The notes under the pieces: model-generated
Database searches by the model: none
What the model saw: only the letters and a program-made list of their open reading frames with translations
What the model was told of the DNA's origin: nothing
In this document: positions 1 to 12,500 of the stretch, piece by piece
How the letters are laid out: each line of letters opens with the position of its first letter
Numbering within the stretch: the stretch's first letter is position 1
From: Eledone cirrhosa
Lineage: Eukaryota
NCBI GenBank assembly: GCA_964016885.1
Contig: OZ024755.1
Coordinates: 29,884,001-29,948,000 of the forward strand
Direction of reading: 5' to 3'
DNA length: 64,000 nt
Translations under genes and position numbers: made by a program

Positions 1-220
1 AATAAACAACATAAGGCAATTATTCCATTTACCAGTGGTTTCTTAAAAGCAAAAGATTTTGCTTTCAATCCTCCTTGAAAGCAAAATCTTTTGCTTTTAA
101 GAAACCACTGGTAAATGGAATAATTGCCTTATGTTGTTTATTACATAACTATTAAGCTCTGTTACCTACATAGAGCACTCTTTTTTCCTGTACTTTTCCG
201 ACGGAATTACTTCATTCATA
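1..220. mobile_element. Fold-back copy of a short HHR-bearing element (family A); 68-bp inverted arms 1-68/75-142
   Basis: 1-68 is the reverse complement of 75-142 (loop tcctcc). The same element occurs at 28930-29192. The arms contain HHR stem II-GAAA-CCACTGG-TA-stem I, and the fold-back point falls inside the CTGAGGA core. Confidence 0.8.
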
Positions 221-227
221 CATATTT

Positions 228-283
<56 letters not shown>

Positions 284-411
284 AATTGAGAGAAATACTG
301 GTATCCACCTTTTTATGTTGGAGTTAATAGCTTGTTTTATTTTTATGGTTCAATGCACGCGCGCGCGTGCATGTGCGGGTGCGTGTGCTTGTATGCGTGT
401 GCGTGTGTGTT

Positions 412-477
412 TGAAGGCATGTAGCTCATTGGTTACAGCGTTGGTCACAAAATAGTGATGCTGTGTTAAGTCCCTGA
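412..477 (+). mobile_element. tRNA-derived SINE head (second SINE family), degraded
   Basis: gaaggcatgtagctcattggttacagcgttgg resembles 18091-18160 (gcatggcttcatggttagcgtg...gagttcgattccc; A box and B box). Confidence 0.45.
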
Positions 478-696
478 ATTTGATGCCCCATTATGGTCGC
501 AATCAAATGACTTACACAATTAAAACAATAACAACCTAGTGCAATTTAATAATTACGACTCTCTCGGTGTGCATTTGTTTCTGTCTAAATACATGATTAC
601 ACGATGTAGTCTCAAGACGAATTTTTAGTACATGGGAAGGAACTCTTCAACTCATAAATAAGTTATCTTACTTAGATTCCATGTTAGTATTAAATT

Positions 697-797
697 GCCG
701 AGGTTAACTTTGCCTTTCATCCTTACGGGGTCGATAAAATAAAGTACCAGTAATGCACTGGGTAATTGCTGGCCTTGTGCCTAAAGTAGAAACAATT
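697..797 (+). mobile_element. tRNA-derived SINE family 1, 3' half
   Basis: ctttgcctttcatccttacggggtcgataaaataaagtaccag...ggccttgtgcc..agtagaaacaatt, shared with about 20 copies in the window. Confidence 0.85.
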
Positions 798-900
798 AAA
801 TTTCTAGATGTGATATAATCCTAGCCACTGAAAAAAGTAATATTCGATTAAACCTATGATATAAATAATTCTGGCCATTACGATCCTGTATGTTAGTGTG

Positions 901-1045
901 GGCGGCGAATTTCAGAATCGTTAGAAGGTCGGATAGAATGCTTTATGGTATTCGTTCTGGTTCTCTGCCCTCTGAGTTCAAATCCTGCCTTTCATCCTTT
1001 CGAAGACGATAAAAAAAAAAGTACCAGTCTAGTACTGGGGTCGAT
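901..1045 (+). mobile_element. Divergent SINE family 1 copy
   Basis: B box tctgagttcaaatcc followed by gcctttcatcc...agtaccag. Confidence 0.7.
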
Positions 1046-1355
1046 GTTTCCTCACTCTGGAAAAAATCTGCTGTACTCGGGCCTCAAGAGGGATGGGCTC
1101 CGTCGGGCTTTAAAAAAATGGCCAAGAAACGCCGTATGACAATACAGCGCCCCTACGACTCAATCAGGAGTTACGGGACTATACTATACCATACCATGTT
1201 TAAGTGTATGTCATACTATTTTATCAATGTCTATTTGTTACTTGGTCAGCGAAATAAGAGCGGTGCTCATCACCTTATATTTATTTTTTCGGGATAGATT
1301 TGAGTAAACTGAAGCCAACGAAAATGTTAGTGTATCACCTATTATTATATTTACT

Positions 1356-1396
1356 TGTCCTAATATTTCGGGTAAAAAAACCCTTCGTCAGAACAC
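1356..1396 (-). ncRNA. Minimal hammerhead-like motif
   Basis: Reverse complement reads gtgtt-CTGACGA-a-ggg(ttttttta)ccc-GAAA-tat-TA-ggaca; stem I is imperfect. Confidence 0.55.
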
Positions 1397-2557
1397 TATA
1401 ATGAGACACTGGCTCGGTGACACATCAACATCTTCGTTCTCTTCAATTTATTCCAAAATCTAACGTCCACTTTGCCATTGTAGGAAACATCTCTGGTGCT
1501 TTTACAACTAAGTTAATTCAACTAAAGGTTCTCTACGACCAGTTAGTGGCAACAGTAGAATGTTAGGAGGAATTGGATACTATTTTTAGCAAGTCAAGCA
1601 GCTACGTTGACGGAGCAGTTGATTCAGATTTAGCGTGATTACTTTAAAGTTATGGAGCTGAATACTAATCTACTCGAAGTTTAGTTATTGTGATTTCTTA
1701 AAACCATATCCGAACAAGGGCTACACTGCTTCATCTACGGCGAAGCAACACATCTGGGACCATTCTGCCCTCAGCTCAAAAATCCAGGAAGCCACAAGCC
1801 TCCATTACTGTAAACGCCAGTGACGAGACGGAATATTCCACCAATACCAACAGCACCACCTACAGCAGCACCGCCAATAGAACCACCAACAAAAACAACA
1901 AAACTAACCCAGGGGGAAAATGAAGAAAGCTCTCCAACTCCCCCTCTCAAAATATATACACACACACATAAACGCAGACACAATCACCCAAACATCAGAA
2001 AACTACACAGAGTCTTCGTCTTCTAATAGTGAAGACGAGGGAAAACCAAATTAAGGCAAAAAACAAAAACGCAAACACAAGAAAAAGAAAATCGGAAACA
2101 TCCCACACACACAAACAACTGAAATCGCAAACACCACACTCACAACAAACACATCCACAACTCCAACAACACCATTTGCAAGACAATCACCCAAACAGAA
2201 ACAACCACAACAAACACAAGAACAACACAAGACACACAACTTCGTGCTAGTAAGAAGGGCCAACAAGGATTTAATGGCCCTCATAGCATGAAGACAAGGC
2301 ATAGAAAAAGATGATATATTTGGAACAAGCACATTGCGTGTGCCAGATTTATTACTGGTATGAATATCACTCGACTCCTACAACGCGATTAGAGAGAGTT
2401 TTCCTAGGGACAGGAAAACACCGAATGTGAAACTCACATCAAGACTTTTAAAAGGGTTTCCAAAGTAAACCTCAACAACCATGGAGGTCGAATCATCTGA
2501 CATCCACAAACCCCTGGGAGGTAAGTAACCTATGCCTCTCTCTTTGAGACTGCTAAT

Positions 2558-4238
2558 ATGGCCATCTTAAAAGTAGAATGCTTGAATGTTCGTGGCCTCA
2601 AGTCATCATGGAAGCAGGGTCGCCTGCTGAACGACCTCAGGTCACTTGACATGGATGTGATAGCCGTGAGTCCGGGACTTCCGACACGCGCACACTAGCC
2701 CCCATTTTCGACGACTATCAGATCTTCGCATCTCTTAGTCGGGTGGGGTGGCAGGGATGTTTAGTAAAGGCCTGGATCTCGAGGTAAGGTGGATCTTCCG
2801 GGATCCGGATGGTAAGTTGGGGGGTCCTGGACGTGAGCAGTAGTGAAGGAGGTACCTTTAGACTGGTGGCCGTTTACGCCCCGACCGAAACGGCATCTTA
2901 GACGCACGCTGGGATTGAGTGGGCGTAGTTGATAGGAGTGATCAGCCAGATCAGTAACTGATCAGCCAGATCCAGCAGTCTGACAGGTACCGACGAGATT
3001 ACCTTATATGTATCAGTGTGGATCTGGACCAACCACATAGGATCATCTAGATTGTATATAGATAGGTTCATTATTAGGTCAATAGATAAAGATAGTATAG
3101 GTTGTCCATAGGTTCATTATTAGGTCAATAGATAAAGATAGTATAGGTTGTCCATAGGTTCATTATTAGGCCAATAGATAAAGATAGTATAGGTTGTCCA
3201 CACTTTCAAACGGTCACCTATTCAGATCACAAATTTGTGATCTGCATGGTCGACCTAAATAAGACACGCAGGATAAAGCCTACAGAGAACGGATCAACAA
3301 CTTAGCTAAGCAAACGTTGACAGGGGTGGTCGTCACCAACAGGTGGGAGGGGCTCTCGAAAAACAGGTTAGAGTAATCTCAATAGGTTTTAGTAAAGAAG
3401 TAGCGTTAGAGAAAAAAAGAAAAGACGGGGAGCTGGTTACGAAATTAGATGAGGCTATTTGTAGTGCTGGCGACGAGAATGGCATTAGACCGTTTCCTCA
3501 ATGCGAAACACGAAGTTTACATTGTCAGAACTAAGGCGCTTGTTCTAAGAAATGAGGGAACCAAAGCTGTTCGATGGGCTTACGTCGCAAAAGCGGAGCG
3601 TGGTAACAAAACTGCAATTCGGTCTTTGGCGGACTGAAGCGAATGCGAACTGAATGATTCCAAGCAGATGTGTGAGGCCTTTCGCCAGCACTTTAATCGG
3701 CTGTTTGTGGGGAGCGGTCGCAGATTTCAGCCCCTACTTCAAAGGCCTACCGCGTCTCTCGCCAGCCGATGCTGGGTGCTGCGATAGGCCGATAACGTCA
3801 GCCAAGATCTGCGATAGGCCGATAACGTCAGCCAAGATCTGGGATGTCCTAGTGCACGAGGCACAAGCCAAGTTAGATAACTTCAGGCCCATAATTCTGC
3901 TAAACACAGAGTTTAAGATTTTGGCCAAGGTGTTAGCAAAGAAGTTGGCGCTTGTCGGTGAGGGTTTGATAGAAGAAGGCGCAAGTTTGCGCAATCACGA
4001 TCAGGTCCATACACGACAATCTCAACCTCATGCGATACAACAGAGAGGATAGGGTGTAAACCTGGATTCGGTGGTGCTCTGATCAATTTAGATCAATTGG
4101 AAGCTTTCGAAAGAGTCGACCATCGATACTTGGAGACTGTCCTCAAGGCAGCTGGCTTAAGTCCCGTCTTCAGAGTCTGGATCGCTGTAATCCATAGTAG
4201 CATCTGCTCGGTGGTCAAAGTTAACGGCCATCTTTAAA
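2558..4238 (+). pseudogene. Decayed L1/Tx1-clade LINE ORF2 (APE endonuclease + reverse transcriptase fragments)
   Basis: MAILKVECLNVRGL (EN start), YSDHK, FRPIILLNTEFKILAKVLA, LINLDQLEAFERVDH, VKVNG; many stops, frameshifts and deletions. The C/A-rich stretch ~1440-2520 may be an ORF1 remnant. Confidence 0.85.
3062..3200. repeat. 3 x 46-bp tandem duplication inside the L1/Tx1 remnant
   Basis: ataggttcattattaggtcaatagataaagatagtataggttgtcc repeated at 3062, 3108 and 3154. Confidence 0.9.
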
Positions 4239-5015
4239 ATAACAGTATCTTTAATACGGTTCTGTAACCGTCATATATATATATATATATATATATATAT
4301 TTCTCGACAATTTCCTTATTTGAACTGATTTTTGGAGCTTAATTTTGCACTTTGTACCATGGTATCATAATGAGTGATTTACGTTTTATATGGCCTTGTG
4401 TTGTCTACAGAAGCGTTTTAATAAACTCTCAAGAAACATGTATTGAATACTAATCAGGAGTTACTAAACAGAATAGCTTCCTATACGTGGCTCAATACAG
4501 ACAGAAACAACCGTTAGTGTATAAAAGCTTTAACTCTTTGGTTATATTTAAACTATAATGTATGCTCGTGTGACCCACATTGCATTGTGCACGCCAAGTA
4601 AATGAGTATTACTCCCATTAATATTATAATTATAACTATATTATAATATTAGTATTACTAGTGTGCGTGTGTATGGGTATGTGTGTTGGAAAAAACTTTC
4701 TACCGAGGTCTCAGTTTGACAATCGCTACCGACGAATGCGAGAAAATTCTCCAGAGAGTTAACCAAGATTTTTATTAAAAGAAACTTTCCACCGAAGTTA
4801 ACATAGGAATTCTTAGATCTACTTTGCAAAATTATAAAATTGTAAAATTTTTCTTTCCCTTTTTGCAAATATATATATATTAGTTGTTTTGGAAGCTTCA
4901 ACAATGCAGATGGGTAAATCTCCGGGTAACAAAATCAGGTGGTAATGAGAGAGAGATGTAAAGAGGAAGAGTAGAAAGAGAGGTAGCGAGCGTAAAAGAA
5001 CGTAGGAAAAGTGTC

Positions 5016-5050
<35 letters not shown>

Positions 5051-5161
5051 AATATAAATTATCGAGATTCGCATTTCGACCCACGAAATAACGAAAAACA
5101 ACCTCCGAGATGTGAGGCAAGTGCTCAATGGTTCAAATGAACCAGAGCTATAACAAACGTT

Positions 5162-5205
5162 AAAATATTTTGCTTGTTGTATCCCAACAAATTAAATATA
5201 ACCTC

Positions 5206-5247
<42 letters not shown>

Positions 5248-5472
5248 GAGGTTACATTTAATTTGTTGGGATACAACAAGCAAAATATTTTTTATAACTG
5301 ATATAAAGCACTCAACAAATTATTGGAGTAAATATACAATATATTAACAAATGGAAACTATATTTATAAAACCATATTTATTTCAAGGGACACCAAGGCA
5401 GATTATGGTGCGCTTTCATCAGATAAAATATAATATAGACCTGAAAAATGCAACCTTCACGGTTGGAGTCTC
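5162..5472 (-). mobile_element. HHR-bearing element family B; tail-to-tail inverted repeat around (TA)n; HHR at ~5372-5430 (-)
   Basis: 5162-5210 is inverted at 5241-5290. Reverse complement: tattttat-CTGATGA-aagcgcacca..tggtgtccctt-GAAA, with the stem III/I junction partly deleted. Homologous to 22160-22433, 36295-36680 and 62431-62830. Confidence 0.8.
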
Positions 5473-5546
5473 AGAGAGAGAGAGAGAGGGAAAGAGAGAG
5501 AAAGAGAGAGAGAGAGAGGGAAAGAGAGAGAAAGAGAGAGAGAGAG

Positions 5547-5591
<45 letters not shown>

Positions 5592-5690
5592 AATGTAACG
5601 TCCAGTTACCGTAGGTTCACCAGAGTGAGCACTCGATGAGTAGTTTCCAGTAAGTGTAGAGGTGTGGAACTAAGAGAAGCAGAGTGTAAT

Positions 5691-6067
5691 AATTGTTTCT
5701 ATATTTGGCACAAGGCCAGCAATTATCCCAGTGTATTACTGGTACTTTATTTTATCGACCCCTTAAGGATGAAAGACAAAGTCAACCTCGGCGGCATTTG
5801 AACTCAGACCATAAAGGGCCGTAACTCTTTGCTGCAAAGCATGGTGTCCGAACCTCTACCGATACTGCCAATCCAAACGCCCTAAATTGTTTCTACTTTT
5901 GGCACAAGGCCAGCAATTACCCAGTACATTGCTGGCACTTTATTTTATTGACCCCGTAAGCATGAAAGGCAAAGTTAACCTCGGTGGGATTTGAACTCAG
6001 TCCGTAAAGGGACGTAACTGTGCTGCAAAGCATGGCGTCGGACCCTCTACCGATACTGCCAATCCAC
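5691..6067 (-). mobile_element. Two tandem SINE family 1 copies
   Basis: Copies at 5691-5875 and 5885-6067, each with A box (TGGCAGTATCGG) and B box (GAGTTCAAATSC) on the minus strand. Confidence 0.9.
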
Positions 6068-6086
6068 TAATATTATATATATATAT

Positions 6087-6278
6087 ATAGGAACAAGTAG
6101 GACCCCGACGGCTGAGCTCAAGCCGTTTCGACGGCTAATTCTGGACTAAAATTTTTTAGTCCAGAATTAGCCGTCGAAACGCCGTCGGGGTCCTACTCTT
6201 GTTCCTATTACCCACTCTACTACCCTAAGTATTGAGTACTTTGGTGCGTTATGGTCCATTACCACATTCCGTTCGTTA
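6087..6278. mobile_element. Element family C, fold-back palindrome carrying HHR 3' halves
   Basis: 6087-6208 is palindromic. Reverse complement: gccgtc-GAAA-cggc(ttgagctca)gccg-TC-ggggtc. The tail is shared with 7580, 21047, 22745 and 61908. Confidence 0.75.
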
Positions 6279-6582
6279 TATATATATATACGCAAGTCTG
6301 TAAGTGTCTGTATGTACGTTTTACCCAAATTACAGGCTAAAAATATTTAAAGTTCATAAATGCACGGATGATGGTGGCTTTACATGCTCCTATGTGTGTG
6401 TATGACTACCTGTAGGTGTGTATATGTATCTACGATTATAATATGTCCTTGTGTGAATGATATATCTTTATACAAACATACACAGATACCTATATATGTG
6501 TGTATGTGCGTTTGTGTGTGTGTGTTTCTGTGTTTGCATAGGTGTCTGTGTTACTGGTGTTTGTATTGTACCATCCCTTGTC

Positions 6583-6905
6583 AAAGAAGAAGAAAAAAGA
6601 AAAAAGAAGAAAAAGAAAAAGAAAAGGAAAAGAAGAAGAAAAAGAAGGAAAAGAAGAAGGAAAAGAAGGAAAGGGAAAAAGAAAACGGAAAAAGAAAAAG
6701 GAAAAAGAAGAAAAAGAAGAAAAAGAAGAAAAAGAAGGAAAAGGAAAAGAAAAAGGAGAAGAAAAATAAAAAGAAAAAGGAGGAAAAGAAGAAAAAGAAA
6801 AAAGAAGAAAAAGGAGAAAAAAAAGAGAAAGAAGAAGAAAAAGAGAAGAAAAAAGAAGAAAAAAGAAAAGAAAAGAAAAAGAAAAAAAAAGAAAAAGAAA
6901 AAACA
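6583..6905. repeat. ~320-bp almost pure polypurine (GAA/GAAAA) tract
   Basis: Essentially only A/G on the + strand; source of the spurious K/E/R-rich ORFs. Confidence 0.95.
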
Positions 6906-7267
6906 AGACTTCGTGAATCGATAAAGAAATATTTAATTTAAGAATCCTAGAAGAAAGCATTTCAGTGAAAAAAGAAAGAACGAAAAAGAACAAGAAAGAA
7001 AATGCTACAAAGTTTGTTTCAGCTAAAAATATTGTCAGAATTCAGGCTAAATTTACTATGTTCGCCCTCCAACATACAAGTTAAATATGTCTAATTTAGG
7101 ACACCGACAAAGACAGGGGATTTTCTTTTAAGCTGACTGGTATTTTTAAGTTCTCATCCCAACATTAACCGCCTTTTGATTTTGCCAACAACGAAGAATC
7201 CTCTACGTGATCACTCAACCTGCTAGAGATAACAGTTGAAACTTGAGACAACAAAGGAAGCCGTAAC

Positions 7268-7381
7268 GACCCCGTAAGGATGAAAAGCAAAGTTAACCTC
7301 GGCGAGATTTTGAACTCAGAATGGCAAGAGCCGTAACTCTATGCGTCAAAGCATGGCGACCGACTCTCTACCGATACTGCA
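7268..7381 (-). mobile_element. SINE family 1, 5' part
   Basis: gaccccgtaaggatgaaa...ttgaactcaga...ctaccgatactgc. Confidence 0.8.
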
Positions 7382-7538
7382 AGAACAAAGTAAAGGTGTC
7401 ACATATGAGATTTATTGCTTAACCCAGTTACAAATGATTCCCAGGCAGCCGGCTTGATCTGGGGTCACCCCAATTCTGCCTGATCCTCAGACCAGTGTTA
7501 ACAACAAAAATCACATCAAATTTGAAGACGAACCAGCA

Positions 7539-7579
<41 letters not shown>

Positions 7580-7581
<2 letters not shown>

Positions 7582-7737
7582 CGAAGGCAATGTGGTAAGG
7601 AACCAGATGGACCATGACGCACCAGAGTACTCAATACTCAGGGTAGTAGAGTGGGTAATAGGAAAAAGTATGACCCCGACAGCAGAGCTCAAGCCGTTTC
7701 GACGGCTTGAGCTCTGCCGTCGGGGTCATACTTTTTC

Positions 7738-7738
<1 letters not shown>
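7580..7738. mobile_element. Element family C with palindrome 7661-7738, between (TA)n and (TG)n
   Basis: ggaaaaagtatgaccccgac...gtcggggtcatactttttcc. Confidence 0.8.
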
Positions 7739-7807
<69 letters not shown>

Positions 7808-7898
7808 GCGTGTGCGTGTGTTTGTGTTCATATACGGTCTTTACCCGTACACACACACGTATATATATATAATTACATAATAAACAACACAAAATAAT

Positions 7899-7972
7899 TA
7901 TCCCATTACCAAAGGTTTCCGGAAACTAGACGATCTTTACAGAAACGTTCAGTGCGTTCATCAGATGAAATA
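7899..7972 (-). ncRNA. Type I hammerhead motif (family A-related)
   Basis: Reverse complement: tatttcat-CTGATGA-(long degenerate stem II)-GAAA-cc(ttt)gg-TA-atgggata; 8-bp stem I with G-U pairs. Confidence 0.65.
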
Positions 7973-8076
7973 TATATAATAATATACTATGTGATAATAT
8001 ATATATAATAATAATAATATATATAATAGTATTCAAAATATTAATAAATGAAAAACATTCTCATAATCAAAATATA

Positions 8077-8139
8077 TATTTTATTATACATATTTCAAAG
8101 GTACAATGGTGTTTAAGTACGTTTTCATCAGACAAAATA
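8077..8139 (-). ncRNA. Type I minimal hammerhead motif
   Basis: Reverse complement: tattttgt-CTGATGA-aaacgtac..gtaccttt-GAAA-tatgta-TA-ataaaata. Confidence 0.75.
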
Positions 8140-8409
8140 TAAGATTTGATATGCGACATACCGCTACGGTTTTGATTATTCAATTCCTGTAGTTGATTAC
8201 GAGAATATTTTTCATTTATTAATATTTTGAATAATATTAAATACTCCAGGAAAATCTACTGTCGAGTGCTTCTAATCTATTGTAAAATTGTATTCGTTGA
8301 ATAATCAACGAACCATATTAATCTTTGGTTATATATATATATAATATATATATATATAATGAATTTGTTTTGTGAGGTTTTTGATATGAAATCGTGTGTC
8401 GAAACAAAT

Positions 8410-8660
8410 ATTGTTATACTTGGGGAGTGTCATATTGTTGTAATAATATTACCAGAAATACTAACAGAACACACTCACTGTTTGGTTGGTTTTCGCTTCT
8501 GTAGCTTTTATATCTCCACAGTTAATCCATTTGGTCGTCAATGTTTATCATTGACTGACCAACGGTCAAAAATACAGATATAATATAGATATAAACACAT
8601 ATATATATAGTCTAACAAAGTTCTTTCGTTGCACATCTGCAACATCATCAGTGGTACTAT
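8410..8660 (-). mobile_element. Element family D with HHR at 8613-8656 (-); second copy at 60216-60463
   Basis: Reverse complement: tacca-CTGATGA-t-gttgca(gatg)tgcaac-GAAA-gaac-TT-tgtta. A highly similar ~250-bp copy lies at 60.2-60.5 kb, where the core is mutated to GTGATGA. Confidence 0.75.
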
Positions 8661-8687
8661 ATACATAATGCATATATATATATATAT

Positions 8688-8781
8688 AATTGTTTCTACT
8701 TTTGGCACAAGGCCAGCAATTATCCCAGTGCATTACTGGTACTTTATTTTATCGACCTCGTAAGGGTGAAAGGCAAAGTTA
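8688..8781 (-). mobile_element. SINE family 1, 3' half
   Basis: aattgtttctacttttggcacaaggcc...gaaaggcaaagtta. Confidence 0.85.
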
Positions 8782-9014
8782 ATCGGATATGACCTAAAAA
8801 TTGACCATCTCCTTCCCACTCACTCGATGATTTAATTAAGCCATTATCTTTAAGATACCAACCTAAATGGAAACTGAGTGCACACTGATACCTTAGATAA
8901 TGAGAAGACGATTTCATGTGGGTGGAGAATTAGACTCCCTACACACACACACATATATATATACATACATACATACACGTATATATACACATGCACACAC
9001 ATTTATTTATACAC

Positions 9015-9046
<32 letters not shown>

Positions 9047-9120
9047 TCACACAAACATATATATATACATACATACACACGTATATATACACATGCACAC
9101 ACATTTATTTATTTATACAC

Positions 9121-9161
<41 letters not shown>

Positions 9162-9504
9162 CACACTCACACACAAACATATATATATATATATATATTA
9201 TATATACACACACACACATACAAAGCAAAAATGGGCGTGTTTAAATTGAACATTAATTGTAGAAGCTTCCTTTTGAAGATTGTATTAGCACCATTTTTGT
9301 TAATACACTATAATATTTCAATGATGAAACTTGTTAAGGAATCATTAGGTAGATAAATCGTTATGGCTGTTTGTGTTATAGAGGAAAACACACTTTAGTC
9401 GTTTATTAATATTTGCTTAAATAATAAGGTCCAGCATTTGAAGTAAAGCTTAGAGAGACATACATTCGGGTCAATAGCTGTGTATGTATGTATATATATA
9501 TATA

Positions 9505-12500
9505 TATTTATATATAAAAAAAACATGAGAAGAAAGAAGAATACTGCGTGGTTTGCACATGGGTAACATATGATAAAAATAGTCTTTCGTCAGTGATTTT
9601 CCAACCATCGTTGGTATTTCATCGCATTAAAAATCAGATACCTCAGGTTGGTGCGAGCAATAACTAAATAAAGTTATTGGGACCAGAATTCGCGTAAGGC
9701 GAGGGGGACAAGTAAACAACATAGAAGGATAAAAGCAAACCGAAGATAGGAAAATAAACAAGCAACAGGGTTGTCCGGTCAGCATAAGCTGGGTGGATTT
9801 CATGAGCGAGGGGGTAAAGATCGTGTTGATGTGTGTGAGATGAGATGTGAGCAAGAAGAGACCCACACAAGCCAGACGGGGGGAAGTGAGAAGGGGAGAA
9901 ACAGAGAGTGAGTGAGTGGAAGTGTGAGGAAGAGGTCAGTCGAGAGAAAGTGTAACTGACAGAGGGGGCGAAAGAAGGTGAGAGAAACAGAGAGAGCGGG
10001 GAAGCAGTAAGAGAGAAACAGACAAACGCAGCCGAGGTAAATATATATAAAAAACATGAGAAGAAAGAAGAATACTGCGTGGTTTGCACATGGGTTACAT
10101 ATGATAAAAATAGTCCTTCGTCAGTGATTTTCCAACCATCATTGGTATTTCATCGCATTAAAAATCAGATACCTCAGGTTGGTGCGAGCAATAACTAAAA
10201 AAAGTTATTGGGACCAGAATTCGCGTAAGGCGAGGGGGACAAGTAAACAACATAGAAGGACAAAAGCAAACCGAAGATAGGAAAATAAACAAGCAACATG
10301 GTTGTCCGGTCAGCATAAGCTCGGTGGAATTCATGAGCGAGAGGGGTACAGACCGTGTCGATGTGTGTGAGATGTGAGCAAGAAGAGACCCACACAAGCC
10401 AAACGGGAGGAAGTGAGAAGGGGAGAAACAGAGAGTGAGTGAGTGGAAGTTTGAGGAAGAGGTCAGTCGAGAGAAAGTGTAACTGACAGAGGGGGCGAAA
10501 GAAGGTGAGAGAAACAGAGAGAGCGGGGAAGCAGTAAGAGAGAAACAGACAAACGCAGCCGAAGTAAATATATATCAAAAACATGAGAAGAAAGAAGAAT
10601 ACTGCGTGGTTTGCACATGGGTTACATATGATAAAAATAGTCCTTCGTCAGTGATTTTCCAACCATCATTGGTATTTCATCGCATTAAAAATCAGATACC
10701 TCAGGTTGGTGCGAGCAATAACTAAAAAAAGTTATTGGGACCAGAATTCGCGTAAGGCGAGGGGGACAAGTAAACAACATAGAAGGACAAAAGCAAACCG
10801 AAGATAGGAAAATAAACAAGCAAACCGAAGATAGGAAAATAAACAAGCAACATGGTTGTCCGGTCAACATAAACTGGGTGGATTTCATGAGCGAGAGAGG
10901 TACAGACCGTGTTGATGTGTGTGAGATGTGAGCAAGGAGACTCACACAAGCCAAACGGGAGGAAGTGAGAAGGGGAGAAACAGAGAGTGAGTGAAAGTGT
11001 GAGGAAGAGGTCAGTCGAGAGAAAGTGTAACTGACAGAGGGGGCGAAAGAAGGTGAGAGAAACAGAGAGAGCGGGGAAGCAGTAAGAGAGAAACAGACAA
11101 ACGCAGCCGAGGTAAATATATATAAAAAACATGAGAAGAAAGAAGAATACTGCGTGGTTTGCACATGGGTTACATATGATAAAAATAGTCCTTCGTCAAT
11201 GATTTTCCAACCATCATTGGTATTTCATCGCATTAAAAATCAGATACCTCAGGTTGGTGCGAGCAATAACTAAAAAAAGTTATTGGGACCAGAATTCGCG
11301 TAAGGCGAGGGGGACAAGTAAACAACATAGAAGGACAAAAGCAAACCGAAGATAGGAAAATAAACAAGCAACATGGTTGTCCGGTCAGCATAAGCTCGGT
11401 GGAATTCATGAGCGAGAGGGGTAAAGACCGTGTCGATGTGTGTGAGATGTGAGCAAGAAGAGACCCACACAAGCCAATCGGGAGGAAGTGAGAAGGGGAG
11501 AAACAGAGAGTGAGTGAGTGGAAGTTTGAGGAAGAGGTCAGTCGAGAGAAAGTGTAACTGACAGAGGGGGCGAAAGAAGGTGAGAGAAACAGAGAGAGCG
11601 GGGAAGCAGTAAGAGAGAAACAGACAAACGCAGCCGAAGTAAATATATATCAAAAACATGAGAAGAAAGAAGAATACTGCGTGGTTTGCACATGGGTTAC
11701 ATATGATAAAAATAGTCCTTCGTCAGTGATTTTCCAACCATCATTGGTATTTCATCGCATTAAAAATCAGATACCTCAGGTTGGTGCGAGCAATAACTAA
11801 AAAAAGTTATTGGGACCAGAATTCGCGTAAGGCGAGGGGGACAAGTAAACAACATAGAAGGACAAAAGCAAACCGAAGATAGGAAAATAAACAAGCAAAC
11901 CGAAGATAGGAAAATAAACAAGCAACATGGTTGTCCGGTCAGCATAAACTGGGTGGATTTCATGAGCGAGAGAGGTACAGACCGTGTTGATGTGTGTGAG
12001 ATGTGAGCAAGGAGACTCACACAAGCCAAACGGGAGGAAGTGAGAAGGGGAGAAACAGAGAGTGAGTGAGTGGAAGAGGTCAGTCGAGAGAAAGTGTAAC
12101 TGACAGAGGGGTCAAAAGAAGATGAGAGAAACAAAGAGAGCGGGGAAACAGTAAGAGAGAAACAGGCAAATGCAGCCGAGGTAAATATATATAAAAAACA
12201 TGAGAAGAAAGAAGAATACTGCGTGGTTTGCACATGGGTTACATATGATAAAAATAGTCCTTCGTCAGTGATTTTCCAACCATCGTTGGTATTTCATCGC
12301 ATTAAAAATCAGATACCTGAGGTTGGTGCGAGCAATAACTAAAAAAAGTTATTGGGACCAGAATTCGCGTAAGGCGAGAGGGACAAGTAAACAACATAGA
12401 AGGATAAAAGCAAACCGGAGATAGGAAAATAAACAAGCAACATGGTTGTCCGGTCAGCAAAAGCTGGGTGGATTTCATGAGCGAGAGAGGTACAGACCAT

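Noticed and set aside
6384-6993. K/E/R-rich and F/S-rich ORFs
   Set aside because: They are translations of the polypurine tract.
10110-10160. CTGACGA on the minus strand of most satellite monomers as a possible retrozyme-like HHR
   Set aside because: I could not build stem II-GAAA-stem III-UH around it in type I, II or III topology. An Infernal scan would settle it.
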